Positions 28,861 through 38,472 of a stretch of 64,000 bases of DNA are shown piece after piece. The notes beneath the pieces were generated by a model that saw only the letters and a program-made list of their open reading frames with translations, was not told the DNA's origin and made no database searches. The position numbers and the translations under genes are program-made. The stretch comes from a virus: the IMG/VR virus record IMGVR_UViG_3300018059_000012, positions 11,471 to 75,470 of that record. One strand, given 5' to 3'. How positions within the stretch are numbered: position 1 is the stretch's first letter; every line of letters begins with the position of its first letter.

Positions 28861-30513
28861 ATGCTACAAGCGACGCTCATTGTTCAGAGCTTCCTGCTAG
28901 AGGGTGGGCCGGGCTCTGGTCGACGTGGACATAAGTCGGATCGCGGGACCGTACCATATGCAGACAGGCAAGGCGCTGGACTGGATTCATTCAGTGGAGA
29001 GCCGGTTGATGGACCACTTGATTTCAGTGGTAAACCAGCTGGTAAGTTGGATGATGACTTCGACAGGGCATGGGCAGCACGTGATCTTGGTGCACTTGCC
29101 AAACTGACGCCGGCCAAGATCGAACCATCGACCAAGACTAAGGCACCAGGCACTCGCAAAGTCGGCAAGCGATCTGATGAGAGCTGGGTGGATCAGGGCA
29201 AGAAGAAGCCCGCAGGGATGAAGAGCACACTGCTGTACACTGCGCAGGCGATGCTCTCCCATGCTCCACTGCTCCGCAAGAAGAAAGTCCTCGCCAAGCC
29301 GGTCGATGATCAAGTCCCTGTGGCGAGCTTCGTCGATGATGTCAAGCGGAAGATGAAGCTCAAACACGTGATGCAGCATACGAACGAAGCGCTCCCTGGC
29401 CGCCTCGAGACCAAGGAAGATGTCAACTACCGCTACGCGGAGAACCCGGAACGGTCGTGCGGGAAGTGTACGCACTTTCTCTTTCCAGGCGCGTGCGACA
29501 TGGTCGCTGGGTTGATTCGCTACGTCGATGTCTGCAATGAGTTCGAGGCGAAAGACAATGTCGCCAAGAATCAAGCTGCTCCGACAGTGCAGGCGACATT
29601 CGTCGACAGTGCCAAGAAAGAATCAGCTGTTCCCGGGACTGATGAGCATGCCGCGTTGCTGAGTGGGCAAGGCTGGCAGTTTCATGCGAACGATCACGAC
29701 ACCATTGTCTACACGAATCCCGAAACGGATGAAGAGATCCGCGTCTGGGATTCCGGGAACTGGATCCGCTATACCGCGGATCAGCACGTCGTCGCACAGG
29801 GACAGGGTGTTGAATCACTTAGGCAAGATCTCAGTGCGCATGAAACCGAAGGTGGACCTGGGAGTGGTCCGCAGAAAGGTGGGAAGAAATATCCACTTGG
29901 TCCTGGTACTGGATCGAGAGCGGCGAACAAAGATACGGCACGACAAAGTGAAGAGGGTGGCCCAGGATCAGGGCGTCGCTCAGGTGATGGGAAAGGTGAG
30001 AAGCAAGGCTTTGAGATTCATCTCAAAGATGATACGGGTCGCGATGAAAGTTACACTGTTGTCGCGATTAACAAGAAGGATGCAATCGACAAAGCCAAGG
30101 CTGAACATCGGACCAAGCGACCTGATGCCATGGACGTCAAGCCGACGTTCATTGGAAAATCTTACCGTTACAATCCCGAAGCAGAAGGCGGGCCCGGCTC
30201 CGGACGACGGCCTGGTGGCAAGACGATCTACGCCAAGGCTGAGCCTGCGAGCGATGAGGATCGCCAGATTGGAACGTTCACCCGCCGCGAGAAGCCGGGC
30301 GAGCGTCGCCAGCGGATCAAGGACAGGCCAGTGGATCCGGCAACGGCCAAGGCGATTCAGAAAGCATTGCTTGTCGTCAGAGCGTCACTGGTGACGAAGA
30401 ACGAGGCCATGTCAACGATGGGCTCTCATGTCGCGATCAGCGATGTCCCGGGTAGTGATTCGCAGGACTACACCGCCCCAGGCCTGAAGCATGGACGGAG
30501 AGGAGCAGCATGA
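28861..30513 (+). CDS. Putative internal head polyprotein with four E-GGPGSG repeats and a HiPIP-like 4-Cys module
   Basis: EGGPGSG at 28900, 29848, 29953, 30184; CGKC-x8-C-x12-C. Confidence 0.75.
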   Translation: MLQATLIVQSFLLEGGPGSGRRGHKSDRGTVPYADRQGAGLDSFSGEPVDGPLDFSGKPAGKLDDDFDRAWAARDLGALAKLTPAKIEPSTKTKAPGTRKVGKRSDESWVDQGKKKPAGMKSTLLYTAQAMLSHAPLLRKKKVLAKPVDDQVPVASFVDDVKRKMKLKHVMQHTNEALPGRLETKEDVNYRYAENPERSCGKCTHFLFPGACDMVAGLIRYVDVCNEFEAKDNVAKNQAAPTVQATFVDSAKKESAVPGTDEHAALLSGQGWQFHANDHDTIVYTNPETDEEIRVWDSGNWIRYTADQHVVAQGQGVESLRQDLSAHETEGGPGSGPQKGGKKYPLGPGTGSRAANKDTARQSEEGGPGSGRRSGDGKGEKQGFEIHLKDDTGRDESYTVVAINKKDAIDKAKAEHRTKRPDAMDVKPTFIGKSYRYNPEAEGGPGSGRRPGGKTIYAKAEPASDEDRQIGTFTRREKPGERRQRIKDRPVDPATAKAIQKALLVVRASLVTKNEAMSTMGSHVAISDVPGSDSQDYTAPGLKHGRRGAA

Positions 30514-31007
30514 ACGACGTCGACAGGATTGCTCGGCTGATCGAGCGTCGTCTGCCACTCCGTATTCTACAGCTCGTCGAAGATGATGAGCCCGAGCGCT
30601 CGCCCTTGCAGAAGCTCTGGGATACGGCGACCAGGCATGAGACCTGGAAAGCGTGCATGGCCAAGGCCGTCGGTGAAGTCTCCCCACCTGGCTGGGAGGG
30701 CACGGTCAAGGCGATGAAGGGACATCCTGACATCACCAACCCCTGGGCACTTGCCTGGTGGATGGATGGACAAGGGATGTCCTCGCACAAGCAGAGCGAG
30801 AAGGAAGGTGGTCCAGGCTCCGGACGCCACAAAGGTGGTGGGAGTCAGATCATTGCACGTGGTGAGACACCAAAAGGTGGATGGGCAGGTGACAAACGTT
30901 TAACGCGACCAAGCAATCGTCCGACGTCTCCTCGTCGTGATCGGTTCGATCGACCGAGTGATACACCAAAAGGTGGTTGGGCTGGAGCGAGGAGATTGAC
31001 ACGGTGA
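30510..31007 (+). CDS. Putative internal head protein
   Basis: EVSPPGWEGTVKAMK...NPWALAW; EGGPGSG; duplicated TPKGGWAG..RLTR. Confidence 0.7.
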   Translation: MNDVDRIARLIERRLPLRILQLVEDDEPERSPLQKLWDTATRHETWKACMAKAVGEVSPPGWEGTVKAMKGHPDITNPWALAWWMDGQGMSSHKQSEKEGGPGSGRHKGGGSQIIARGETPKGGWAGDKRLTRPSNRPTSPRRDRFDRPSDTPKGGWAGARRLTR

Positions 31008-32905
31008 CAATAGCAGTCGCCGACAAGAAGTCAGGCGTGACGACGCGCGAGATGCGATTCGTCACGCTCACCCCGTTTCGTGAAGCCGATGGCGTCGGGC
31101 TTGACAAGGTCGCGCGGAAAGCCAAGTGCATCATCATTACCGAGGGCTTGGGCAACCTCCGCGACAAAAACTACTACACGGCGGAAGCGATCGAGTCCGC
31201 GGCGGTGGTGTTTCAGGGCAAACAGTTCTACATCGACCACCCGTCAGAGAGTGAAGAAAGCGATCGCCCCGAGCGATCTATCTACGATCTCGCCGGATGG
31301 TTCGGGGAGTGCAAGCTCGGATTCGTTCCGGATCCAACGACAGGACAGCGGCTCCGAGCTTGCTTCGCGGATCTGCAGTTCGATACAACCGAAGCAGGCA
31401 GCACGGCGATGGGGAAGGTCGAAGCAGCGCTCGCGTACCAGAAGCAATTCCCGAATAGCAAGGATGTGTACGCCGGGATCAGCATCAATGGTGGTGGGAT
31501 CTCTCACCCTGGAACAATACGGGGCATGTCGGTGAATCTGGTGACGGAGATTCAAGAAGCATTCAGCGCCGATATCGTCACGAAGCCCGCCCGGGGTGGG
31601 CGCTTCTTGGCGCTGATCAAAGAGGCTGCGAAGGCGGCGGCCTGGACGCGCTCCCAGACGCGGCAGCGTCGGGAAGCATCGCCCCGGACGGGGGCAGAAG
31701 GAGGGCAGTTCATGGCAACGGCGGTACTCAAGGGCCGTAGCAAGGAGGCAGGGAAGGATCCGAAGAAGGAGAAGCAGAAGGATCCCAAGGCGCTGGAAGC
31801 CCAGGCCGTGCTGCAGCAGGAGACCATCAGCCTGCTCCGCGAGGTCAAGGCACTCAAGCGTTCTGTTCGCGAGGCGGAGGCCCAGGACAATCTGGACGCC
31901 GTCAAGGAAGTCGCCACCGAGAAGCTGAAGGCGGCCGGTGCGAAGTATGCGAAGGCGCAGAAGACCGCCGATGTCGCCGGGGGCGATGTCGCGGACATCC
32001 TGATGGACATCCAGCAGGACATCGGTGAGCTGTCCAAGATGATGGGCATGGGCGGCGGAGCCGACGAGGAGTTGCCCGAGGGTGACGAAGTTCCGGAGGA
32101 AGTCCCCGAAGAAGTACCTGAGGGTGACATGCCTCCCGAGGGCGGTGGTGAGCCGGAGCTGGTCGCCGCTGAAGGCGAAGAGGAAGCGGAAGGGGAGCAG
32201 AAGAAGAAGGAAGGCGAAGAGGAAGCGGAAGGGGAGCAAGAGAAGGAAGGGGAGGACGCCGAGAAGGAAGCCTTCGGTGACGATGACGACGAGGACGATG
32301 ACGAGGGTGATGGAGATCTCGGCATGTCAGACGAGGCGAGTGAGGCCGACCCACAGCGCATGCAGTTCAAGTGCGCCAAGTGCGCGACGGTCAACGAGGT
32401 CGCGCCACCCGAGGGCTATCAGCTCTCGAGGGCCGGCGAAACGATGGGCGAATCCGAGCGGCAGCTGCGCGGTCGAATGATCTTGATCGAGCGGCAGCTC
32501 GAGGCGAAGGAGGGGAGGTTCGTGAAGACCAACCGGAATCTGGCGACGGCACTGAAGGAGAACCAGAAGCTCGCGATCGAGCTGCGCAAGGCGAAGTCGA
32601 AGATCATCGCCTTCGATCGACTGGAGGAGGCGAGCAAGCAGCTGAAGGAGGCCAACATCCCGGCCGACATCCTCTCCGCGAAGGATCTGGTCACGCTGTA
32701 CGAGCCCGAGCAGTGGGAGTCGGCCATCAAGCAGGCGAAGAACATGCTCGCCCGCGAGGCCAAGCTCACCAACCGGCAGCTCTCACCGACCCGGGAAGCG
32801 GGCGGGTTCCAGGGCACCGGCAAGGATGGCGAGGTCACCGCGAAGGATCTGTCAACGAAGTTCCACGAAGCCTACAGCGGCAAGAGCGAGGACAAGAACA
32901 AGTAG
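31004..32905 (+). CDS. Prohead protease fused to acidic scaffold
   Basis: IITEG.GN..D..YY, YIDHP, ERS, GISI, SADIVTKPARGG; long acidic and coiled-coil C-terminus; precedes capsid genes. Confidence 0.85.
   Translation: MTIAVADKKSGVTTREMRFVTLTPFREADGVGLDKVARKAKCIIITEGLGNLRDKNYYTAEAIESAAVVFQGKQFYIDHPSESEESDRPERSIYDLAGWFGECKLGFVPDPTTGQRLRACFADLQFDTTEAGSTAMGKVEAALAYQKQFPNSKDVYAGISINGGGISHPGTIRGMSVNLVTEIQEAFSADIVTKPARGGRFLALIKEAAKAAAWTRSQTRQRREASPRTGAEGGQFMATAVLKGRSKEAGKDPKKEKQKDPKALEAQAVLQQETISLLREVKALKRSVREAEAQDNLDAVKEVATEKLKAAGAKYAKAQKTADVAGGDVADILMDIQQDIGELSKMMGMGGGADEELPEGDEVPEEVPEEVPEGDMPPEGGGEPELVAAEGEEEAEGEQKKKEGEEEAEGEQEKEGEDAEKEAFGDDDDEDDDEGDGDLGMSDEASEADPQRMQFKCAKCATVNEVAPPEGYQLSRAGETMGESERQLRGRMILIERQLEAKEGRFVKTNRNLATALKENQKLAIELRKAKSKIIAFDRLEEASKQLKEANIPADILSAKDLVTLYEPEQWESAIKQAKNMLAREAKLTNRQLSPTREAGGFQGTGKDGEVTAKDLSTKFHEAYSGKSEDKNK
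32171..32238 (+). repeat. 29-bp direct repeat in scaffold (EGEEEAEGEQ twice)
   Basis: GAAGGCGAAGAGGAAGCGGAAGGGGAGCA at 32171 and 32210. Confidence 0.8.
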
Positions 32906-32961
32906 TCTCTTCCAGTCGCGTCATGCAACGCACAGACGCTGAGAGGAGGTAACGAGCAACT

Positions 32962-33465
32962 ATGGGCAGGTTCCCCAACTTCTACACGTACATCAAGGAC
33001 ATCAATCGCGGAACGGGTGGTGCCGGATCTCCGGTTGCCTACCGCTACGACGCCTCAGCTTTCACCACCGATCCACTCGGACAGCCGGGTGCCGGTGAGA
33101 TGGTCGCGTGGGATGTCACGAACCAGCGGATCCTCCGGTTCAACCGGACGGGTGCCAACGGCAAGTACATCGGCGTGCTACGCGAGCCCGGTGACGGGAT
33201 GAACGTCCTGGGCAGCAACCCCGCACTCACTCCGCGGGAGCTGTCGGTCATGACCAGCGGCATCCATGCACTGGTCGGGACCGGTGGTGAGACGTACTCG
33301 CACGGCAACCCGGTCTACATGTCCGGGACCGATACGACGAAGGTGACCAAGACGGCGGCGGGCGGTGTGCAGGTCGGCATCGTCGAGAACCCACTCAACC
33401 AAGCGATCGTCGGGGCGGTCCGCGTCCCGGTTCTGATCGACACGTTCACGGTGACCCAGATCTAG
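32962..33465 (+). CDS. Head decoration/cement protein
   Basis: Between protease and capsid genes; G.PVY...VT.TA.G...VG motif. Confidence 0.7.
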   Translation: MGRFPNFYTYIKDINRGTGGAGSPVAYRYDASAFTTDPLGQPGAGEMVAWDVTNQRILRFNRTGANGKYIGVLREPGDGMNVLGSNPALTPRELSVMTSGIHALVGTGGETYSHGNPVYMSGTDTTKVTKTAAGGVQVGIVENPLNQAIVGAVRVPVLIDTFTVTQI

Positions 33466-33475
33466 TGAAAGGGAG

Positions 33476-34783
33476 GTGATGAACGCAATGAAGGGTCAGA
33501 TGGTCGACATCAACAACATCTCCCGCGCGCTGCAGCTACTCGCCAACGCGGATCCGTCGAAGCTGCAGTCCAGCTTGGGCGGGCTCGCCGAGGTCGATCG
33601 CACGGGGCAGAAGGGTTACACCTTCATCACGGCGAAGGAGCGGAAGTGGTACGGCAAGAAGCTGACCGAGCTGGCAGAGTCGGTCTGCCCGATCTGGAGC
33701 CGGGATGATTTCAAGCCCTCACGCTGGATGGACGCCTGCATGGAGACGGTCCGCGGATTCCGCGAGGCCATCCCCGAGACAGCGCTGGCGTTCCTGCTGC
33801 GCAAGGGGATCCAGACGCTCGCGAACGACTGGTACATCTCGGTCGCGCGCGAGTGGCAGGACTACGCCCTCGCCGCTTCAAGCGACGCGGTGGCGGAGTG
33901 GTACGGTCCGCTCTACGGCAGCACGGTGGCAGGGCGGGTGGCTCGCGGGGATCGCTTCCCCGAGGGTCGCATCATCGGTGAGGACAGCGTGCTCGTCAAC
34001 CAGAAGTTCGGGTTGATCGAGTCGTTCGATCGCGAGCTGTTCGACGACGACATGACGGGGCAGATCCGTCAGCGGGCCCAGCGGCTCGGTCAGTCGATGG
34101 CGATCACGGAGAATGCCTACGCGGCGCTCAGGTTCATCGGGCTCGCGGCGACCTACTCCAACCTCATCGTTCCGGCGTCGAACTACACCACGATCGACAT
34201 CAATGGTGCCGCGGTCAACGGCCCCTTCAGCGCGACTCTGCATGGAACCTTCGGGAACCGGCCGGGCACGTACGTCGCACTCGCGCTGAACCCACTGAAA
34301 CAGGCGTGGAGCGATCTGCTCAACGCGATGGATCCGCAGCAGAACAAGATCATCGTCAATCCCAACACGCTGCTCCACAGCTCGATGGACGCGCTGCACG
34401 CCCCACTGCTGGTCAGCCCACCCGCGGGAGTGCCGTACTACCCCGCGATCACGGGTCCGACCGGTAGCACGGCGGCCACCGCAGCCTCGGGCTTCCCGGG
34501 CGGCGTCTTCGGTGCGAACCCGTTCATGGGGCTCGGCATCAAGCCGGTCCTCGCGCGATTCCTCCCCAACTGGGCGTGGGGTCTCGGTGAGCGGGCGAAG
34601 GGCTTCGTCTTCCAGGAGCGTGATCCGCTGGAGGTCATCCAGGAGGGTGTCACCAGCGGTGCAGCGTTCGAAGTGGATGCCTACCGATTCCGCAGCCGGC
34701 GCCGGTTCGAGGCCGACTGGCTGGGTGGTGGCAGTCGCTTCTGGTGGCTCGGCAACGACGGTTCCATCACCGGGCTGTTCTAG
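33476..34783 (+). CDS. Major capsid protein (Mu gpT-like, HK97 fold)
   Basis: KFG....FDRELFDDD.TGQI......LG.S...TE; position and size. Confidence 0.9.
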   Translation: MMNAMKGQMVDINNISRALQLLANADPSKLQSSLGGLAEVDRTGQKGYTFITAKERKWYGKKLTELAESVCPIWSRDDFKPSRWMDACMETVRGFREAIPETALAFLLRKGIQTLANDWYISVAREWQDYALAASSDAVAEWYGPLYGSTVAGRVARGDRFPEGRIIGEDSVLVNQKFGLIESFDRELFDDDMTGQIRQRAQRLGQSMAITENAYAALRFIGLAATYSNLIVPASNYTTIDINGAAVNGPFSATLHGTFGNRPGTYVALALNPLKQAWSDLLNAMDPQQNKIIVNPNTLLHSSMDALHAPLLVSPPAGVPYYPAITGPTGSTAATAASGFPGGVFGANPFMGLGIKPVLARFLPNWAWGLGERAKGFVFQERDPLEVIQEGVTSGAAFEVDAYRFRSRRRFEADWLGGGSRFWWLGNDGSITGLF

Positions 34784-34806
34784 TCGGTGCAGGGATCGTA
34801 GGGGCT

Positions 34807-34844
34807 GCCCGGTGCTGGGTGATTCAGTTCATCCAGTGCCGGGC
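34807..34844 (+). terminator. Hairpin after capsid gene (no U-tract)
   Basis: GCCCGGTGCTGGGTGA/TCATCCAGTGCCGGGC. Confidence 0.55.
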
Positions 34845-34852
34845 GAACCAAC

Positions 34853-35281
34853 ATGAGTGAGTTTAGCGGGCTGAGCGTCCTTCCGGCTCCCAAAGCGGGA
34901 TGGGCTCGAGGTCCGCTTCGTGAGCGTGATGATGAACCACTCGATCGCTGGACGGTCCGGCAGATCGAGCGACATCGGATCATGCGCGAGATGCAGACGC
35001 TGCTCGGGACCGTGATGCGCGATACGACCGTGCTCACCCGTCCTGGGCTCCCGCACGTCATCGCTTACGATCGGAGCGGGAAGCCGTTGCGGTGGTCGCT
35101 CTGGGCACCGCACAAACTGTTGCTGATCGATGTCTATCGTGTTCAGCTCCCGCCGGTCGCTGAACTTGAAGACCGCGACAAGTTTGCGCAGGCAGAGAAC
35201 TTCCGTTACGGACTCGTCGAACCTGGGAAGCGTTTGACACTCGAGGCACTCCGAGCGTGGTTGACCGGAGAGGAGGACTAA
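34853..35281 (+). CDS. Hypothetical protein
   Basis: ORF tiling in head-neck region. Confidence 0.7.
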   Translation: MSEFSGLSVLPAPKAGWARGPLRERDDEPLDRWTVRQIERHRIMREMQTLLGTVMRDTTVLTRPGLPHVIAYDRSGKPLRWSLWAPHKLLLIDVYRVQLPPVAELEDRDKFAQAENFRYGLVEPGKRLTLEALRAWLTGEED

Positions 35282-35285
35282 CGAC

Positions 35286-35678
35286 ATGTCGCAGGTTGTA
35301 CAGGTCGATCCAGCGGGACGGCTTCACGTCTTCAAGTATCTGCTCAGGGTCAATGGTGTGACATCTGACAAGGGGCAGAACCTTGCCGGCTTTGCACCCA
35401 AGGCATTGCTGATCATTGGAACGTTGACAGCAACGGCGATCACGTTCCAGGGTGCGATCGCGAACAAGGAAGGGAACGATATCAATCAGCCGTACTTCCC
35501 CGTTCAGGACGGCGCGGGATCGGCTGCCACAGTGACCGTCGCAAGCAATCAGTTCGTTGCTTTTCCGGCGGCACTGCAGGCGCTCCTGCTCGGTGTTCCG
35601 TTCCTGAAGCTCGTTCCAGGAACAGTACAGGCCGCGCAGGAAATCGAAGTGTACTTGCTGGCGTCGGCACTACCGTAA
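35286..35678 (+). CDS. Putative virion structural protein
   Basis: GAGGAG SD; TATAITFQ...FLKLV beta-rich pattern. Confidence 0.7.
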   Translation: MSQVVQVDPAGRLHVFKYLLRVNGVTSDKGQNLAGFAPKALLIIGTLTATAITFQGAIANKEGNDINQPYFPVQDGAGSAATVTVASNQFVAFPAALQALLLGVPFLKLVPGTVQAAQEIEVYLLASALP

Positions 35679-35703
35679 CCGATAACGACAGGAGGAATTG
35701 AAC

Positions 35704-36060
35704 ATGGCGCTTCGTACGCGACTCACACTGCAGTCGGTCAGCGCGGTCGGGGGGAATCCTCTCGCCTTCGCGCCGGTCGACACGATCAACGGGATGCAGG
35801 TCCAGAACAGTGGGCGCGTCGCGCTCATGATCAAGACCGGCACAGGGGCAGGCGTGACGATTTCAGTCCCGTCCGTCGCCTGCATCCACGGCCGCCTGGG
35901 CAACATCAGTGCGGTCATTCCGGCCGATACCCTCGAGACCTTCGGGCCCTTCCAGGATCCGACGATCTGGGGTGACGGTCGCGATCAGCTGTTCGCGGAT
36001 TTCTCAGCAGCGATCGGTGGGACGTCGGTCAACACCGTCGCAGCGGTCCAGATGGTGTAG
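35704..36060 (+). CDS. Putative virion structural protein
   Basis: N.GR..L.IK...VT...FGPF pattern; GGAGG SD. Confidence 0.7.
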   Translation: MALRTRLTLQSVSAVGGNPLAFAPVDTINGMQVQNSGRVALMIKTGTGAGVTISVPSVACIHGRLGNISAVIPADTLETFGPFQDPTIWGDGRDQLFADFSAAIGGTSVNTVAAVQMV

Positions 36061-36063
36061 TCG

Positions 36064-36714
36064 ATGGGAGCCTGGCCGGATCTCGCTACCGCGATCTCCG
36101 ATCTTCGGACGTTTCTGAGTGATGGGCCAACAGATCGGCCTGTCAAGCAGAAGAAGCTGGTCGGGGAATGCGATGGTACGAACACGGAGTTCTTCGCATG
36201 GGAAGAGCGCGTGGTGCCAGGCTCGCTCGTTGTCAATGTCGATTTCACTCCGGTGGCGGCGACACTGACGGATCCAGTGATGGGTCTGATTACGCTGGCG
36301 TCGCCACCGGCTGGTGGGTCAACAGTGCGCGCCCGCTACTACTACCAGTATTTTCTGGATGCGGAGTTGCAGCTCGCACTGATGGACGCGGCAACACAGA
36401 TTCAGGGCAGTGACGATGTGACCACCATCGAGTCGGCGATGAAAATCGTCGTCCTGAATTTCGGTGGGTACTTCGGTTACAAGAAACAGGCGATCCGCTG
36501 GGCGCAGCGGATGTCGGACAAGTGGATTCTCAAGGAGTCACCTGAAGAGGGTGACAACCTCTCGAAATCCAATCTGTTCGACAAGCTCGCCCGGACGTTC
36601 ATGGACGAGGCCAGGATTCTTCGCGATGACTTCTACAAGCGGCAGAGTCGTCAGCTTGCGCCGGCAGCGGCGATGATGAAGCCTCGCATTCCACGAGTGG
36701 GGCCACGGTTCTAG
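36064..36714 (+). CDS. Head-tail adaptor (putative)
   Basis: LR..LSD...YF.DAEL pattern; position. Confidence 0.65.
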   Translation: MGAWPDLATAISDLRTFLSDGPTDRPVKQKKLVGECDGTNTEFFAWEERVVPGSLVVNVDFTPVAATLTDPVMGLITLASPPAGGSTVRARYYYQYFLDAELQLALMDAATQIQGSDDVTTIESAMKIVVLNFGGYFGYKKQAIRWAQRMSDKWILKESPEEGDNLSKSNLFDKLARTFMDEARILRDDFYKRQSRQLAPAAAMMKPRIPRVGPRF

Positions 36715-36716
36715 CG

Positions 36717-37202
36717 ATGCACGTGCCCACCCTTGAAGTCGACGACACCGGGTTGCAGAACATGATCCGGGGTGCGACGGCTGCCTTTCAGGATCTTTCC
36801 CCGGTCTGGATCGAGATCCGGCAGATTTACATGGACTTCATCAAGGAACATTTCAACAGTCAAGGCAGTTACACCGGGGAGCCATGGCAGCCACTCTCTC
36901 CGAACTACGCGGCGTGGAAAGCGGCGCACATGCCAGGGGTGGGGATTCTCCGGGGGTTGAGCGACAATCTCTACGGAAGTCTCACAAGCATCGGACATGC
37001 TCAGTCGATCTTCCGCTCGACACCACTCTGGATGGAGTACGGGACGTCAGTGTTCTACGCCCGTATTCATCAGACCGGATCCATCAGAGTGCAGGGCAGA
37101 CCACCAAAGCGTATCGTTATTCCAAAGATGACGCAAGCCGAGGGTGAGCGCGTCGTTGACGCGATGGCCGCGTACCTGCTCAAGCGGATGAGAACGGGAT
37201 AG
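36717..37202 (+). CDS. Virion morphogenesis/tail completion protein (Mu gpG-like)
   Basis: F..QG....WQPLSP.Y..WK...IL...L..SL...GTSV.YARIHQ.G...PPKR. Confidence 0.85.
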   Translation: MHVPTLEVDDTGLQNMIRGATAAFQDLSPVWIEIRQIYMDFIKEHFNSQGSYTGEPWQPLSPNYAAWKAAHMPGVGILRGLSDNLYGSLTSIGHAQSIFRSTPLWMEYGTSVFYARIHQTGSIRVQGRPPKRIVIPKMTQAEGERVVDAMAAYLLKRMRTG

Positions 37203-37203
37203 C

Positions 37204-37764
37204 ATGAGTACGCCAGGACATGCGTTTCCACTCATCAACATCGTCCCAACATCACTTGGGGAATCCGCGCTGCAGGCAGTCGCGTACAACCTCCGCGCCG
37301 GGTTCAATGGTGAGATCGATCGGTTGCTCTTGGCGTACAACGACACAGTCCCGATCGCTCCCAATCAGCGCGTGTCAACGGTCAATCTGCCGAAGATGTC
37401 CGAGAGTGAGTGGTACATGTCCGAGGTGATCGAGCCGAAGACGTTTCCGGCGGCGTTCATTCTCTTGGATACCTCTCGGCAGATGCTCGAGGCCCAGAAC
37501 TTCGAGATGAGTGAGCACACGATCTACACGGTTCTTGTCACCGAGGACGTGGAGATCGGGCGCATGCTCAAGACGGTCTGGCGCTATGGGATTGCAGCGT
37601 GGCGGTGTCTGCACGACAAGAACTTCCACAACACGTATGTCTGGGTGGATGGCTTCGAGTACAGCCCGACGTATACCCGTGGTGGTACGGGTGGGCGCGA
37701 TCGCCAGTTCCGCAAGGACATCACAATGCGCGTCAGGGCCCGGTCGTACGAGCCGTGGTCCTAG
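37204..37764 (+). CDS. Tail terminator (putative)
   Basis: Position before major tail gene; FPA motif. Confidence 0.55.
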   Translation: MSTPGHAFPLINIVPTSLGESALQAVAYNLRAGFNGEIDRLLLAYNDTVPIAPNQRVSTVNLPKMSESEWYMSEVIEPKTFPAAFILLDTSRQMLEAQNFEMSEHTIYTVLVTEDVEIGRMLKTVWRYGIAAWRCLHDKNFHNTYVWVDGFEYSPTYTRGGTGGRDRQFRKDITMRVRARSYEPWS

Positions 37765-37784
37765 CGAGGGAAGGAGTCTAAGGC

Positions 37785-38396
37785 ATGGCGCAGAATCCGA
37801 TTCTCATCCACGTCGGGCGAGGGGACATCTACATCAACGTCCCGATTCCGACAGTTCCGCCGGTCCCGCTGAACGTGGACGGGAGTCCGCAGCCGGGCGG
37901 GCGGTTCATCGGGAGTACACTGGACGCTGCGGCGCTGATCGTCAGCCCGACGACGTTCGACATCGAGACCCAGCAGGACACCGGGAACGTCGGTTACGTC
38001 ACGATCAAAGAGGATGCTCGGATCGAGTTCACCCCTGGTGAGCTCTCTTACGAGAATCTCCGCGACATGACCCTGAGCCGATTGGACCAGGTGACCGGCA
38101 TCAGCTTCGGTGGTGTCATCAATCCTCAGCTCTTCTCGGTTCTGATCGTCGCCCCACGGCGTGCGGGTGGCTTCATCTCCGCAATGCTCTATCAGGCGAT
38201 CTTCGGCGAGGCGAGGAACTGGGCCTTCGCGCGGCAGACGAACATGGCGCCCAAGATCGCAGCCAGGGCACAGTCACTCACGACTCGCAACCAGGGCGAT
38301 CGTCTCGGGTACTTCTTCCCGAACACGCCCTTCGGTACGCCGCCAGCGTACGCGTTCGTCACGCCGGCACAGATCCCGACAGGTCAGGGTACGTAG
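37785..38396 (+). CDS. Major tail tube protein
   Basis: I.VG.GDIY...IG.T...EL..ENL; precedes chaperone and tape measure. Confidence 0.8.
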   Translation: MAQNPILIHVGRGDIYINVPIPTVPPVPLNVDGSPQPGGRFIGSTLDAAALIVSPTTFDIETQQDTGNVGYVTIKEDARIEFTPGELSYENLRDMTLSRLDQVTGISFGGVINPQLFSVLIVAPRRAGGFISAMLYQAIFGEARNWAFARQTNMAPKIAARAQSLTTRNQGDRLGYFFPNTPFGTPPAYAFVTPAQIPTGQGT

Positions 38397-38411
38397 CACT
38401 GCAGTGCCTTA

Positions 38412-38443
38412 GCCCGGTGCCCCTTCATGCAGGGGCACCGGGC
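38412..38443 (+). terminator. Hairpin after major tail gene (no U-tract)
   Basis: GCCCGGTGCCCCT/AGGGGCACCGGGC, 13 bp perfect. Confidence 0.6.
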
Positions 38444-38472
38444 GCAACAACGACATAGATGGAGGCTTGACC

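Noticed and set aside
27639-32394. Long minus-strand ORFs (27639-28769, 31244-32239, 31552-32394)
   Set aside because: Antisense shadows of GC3-biased + strand genes, with no motifs
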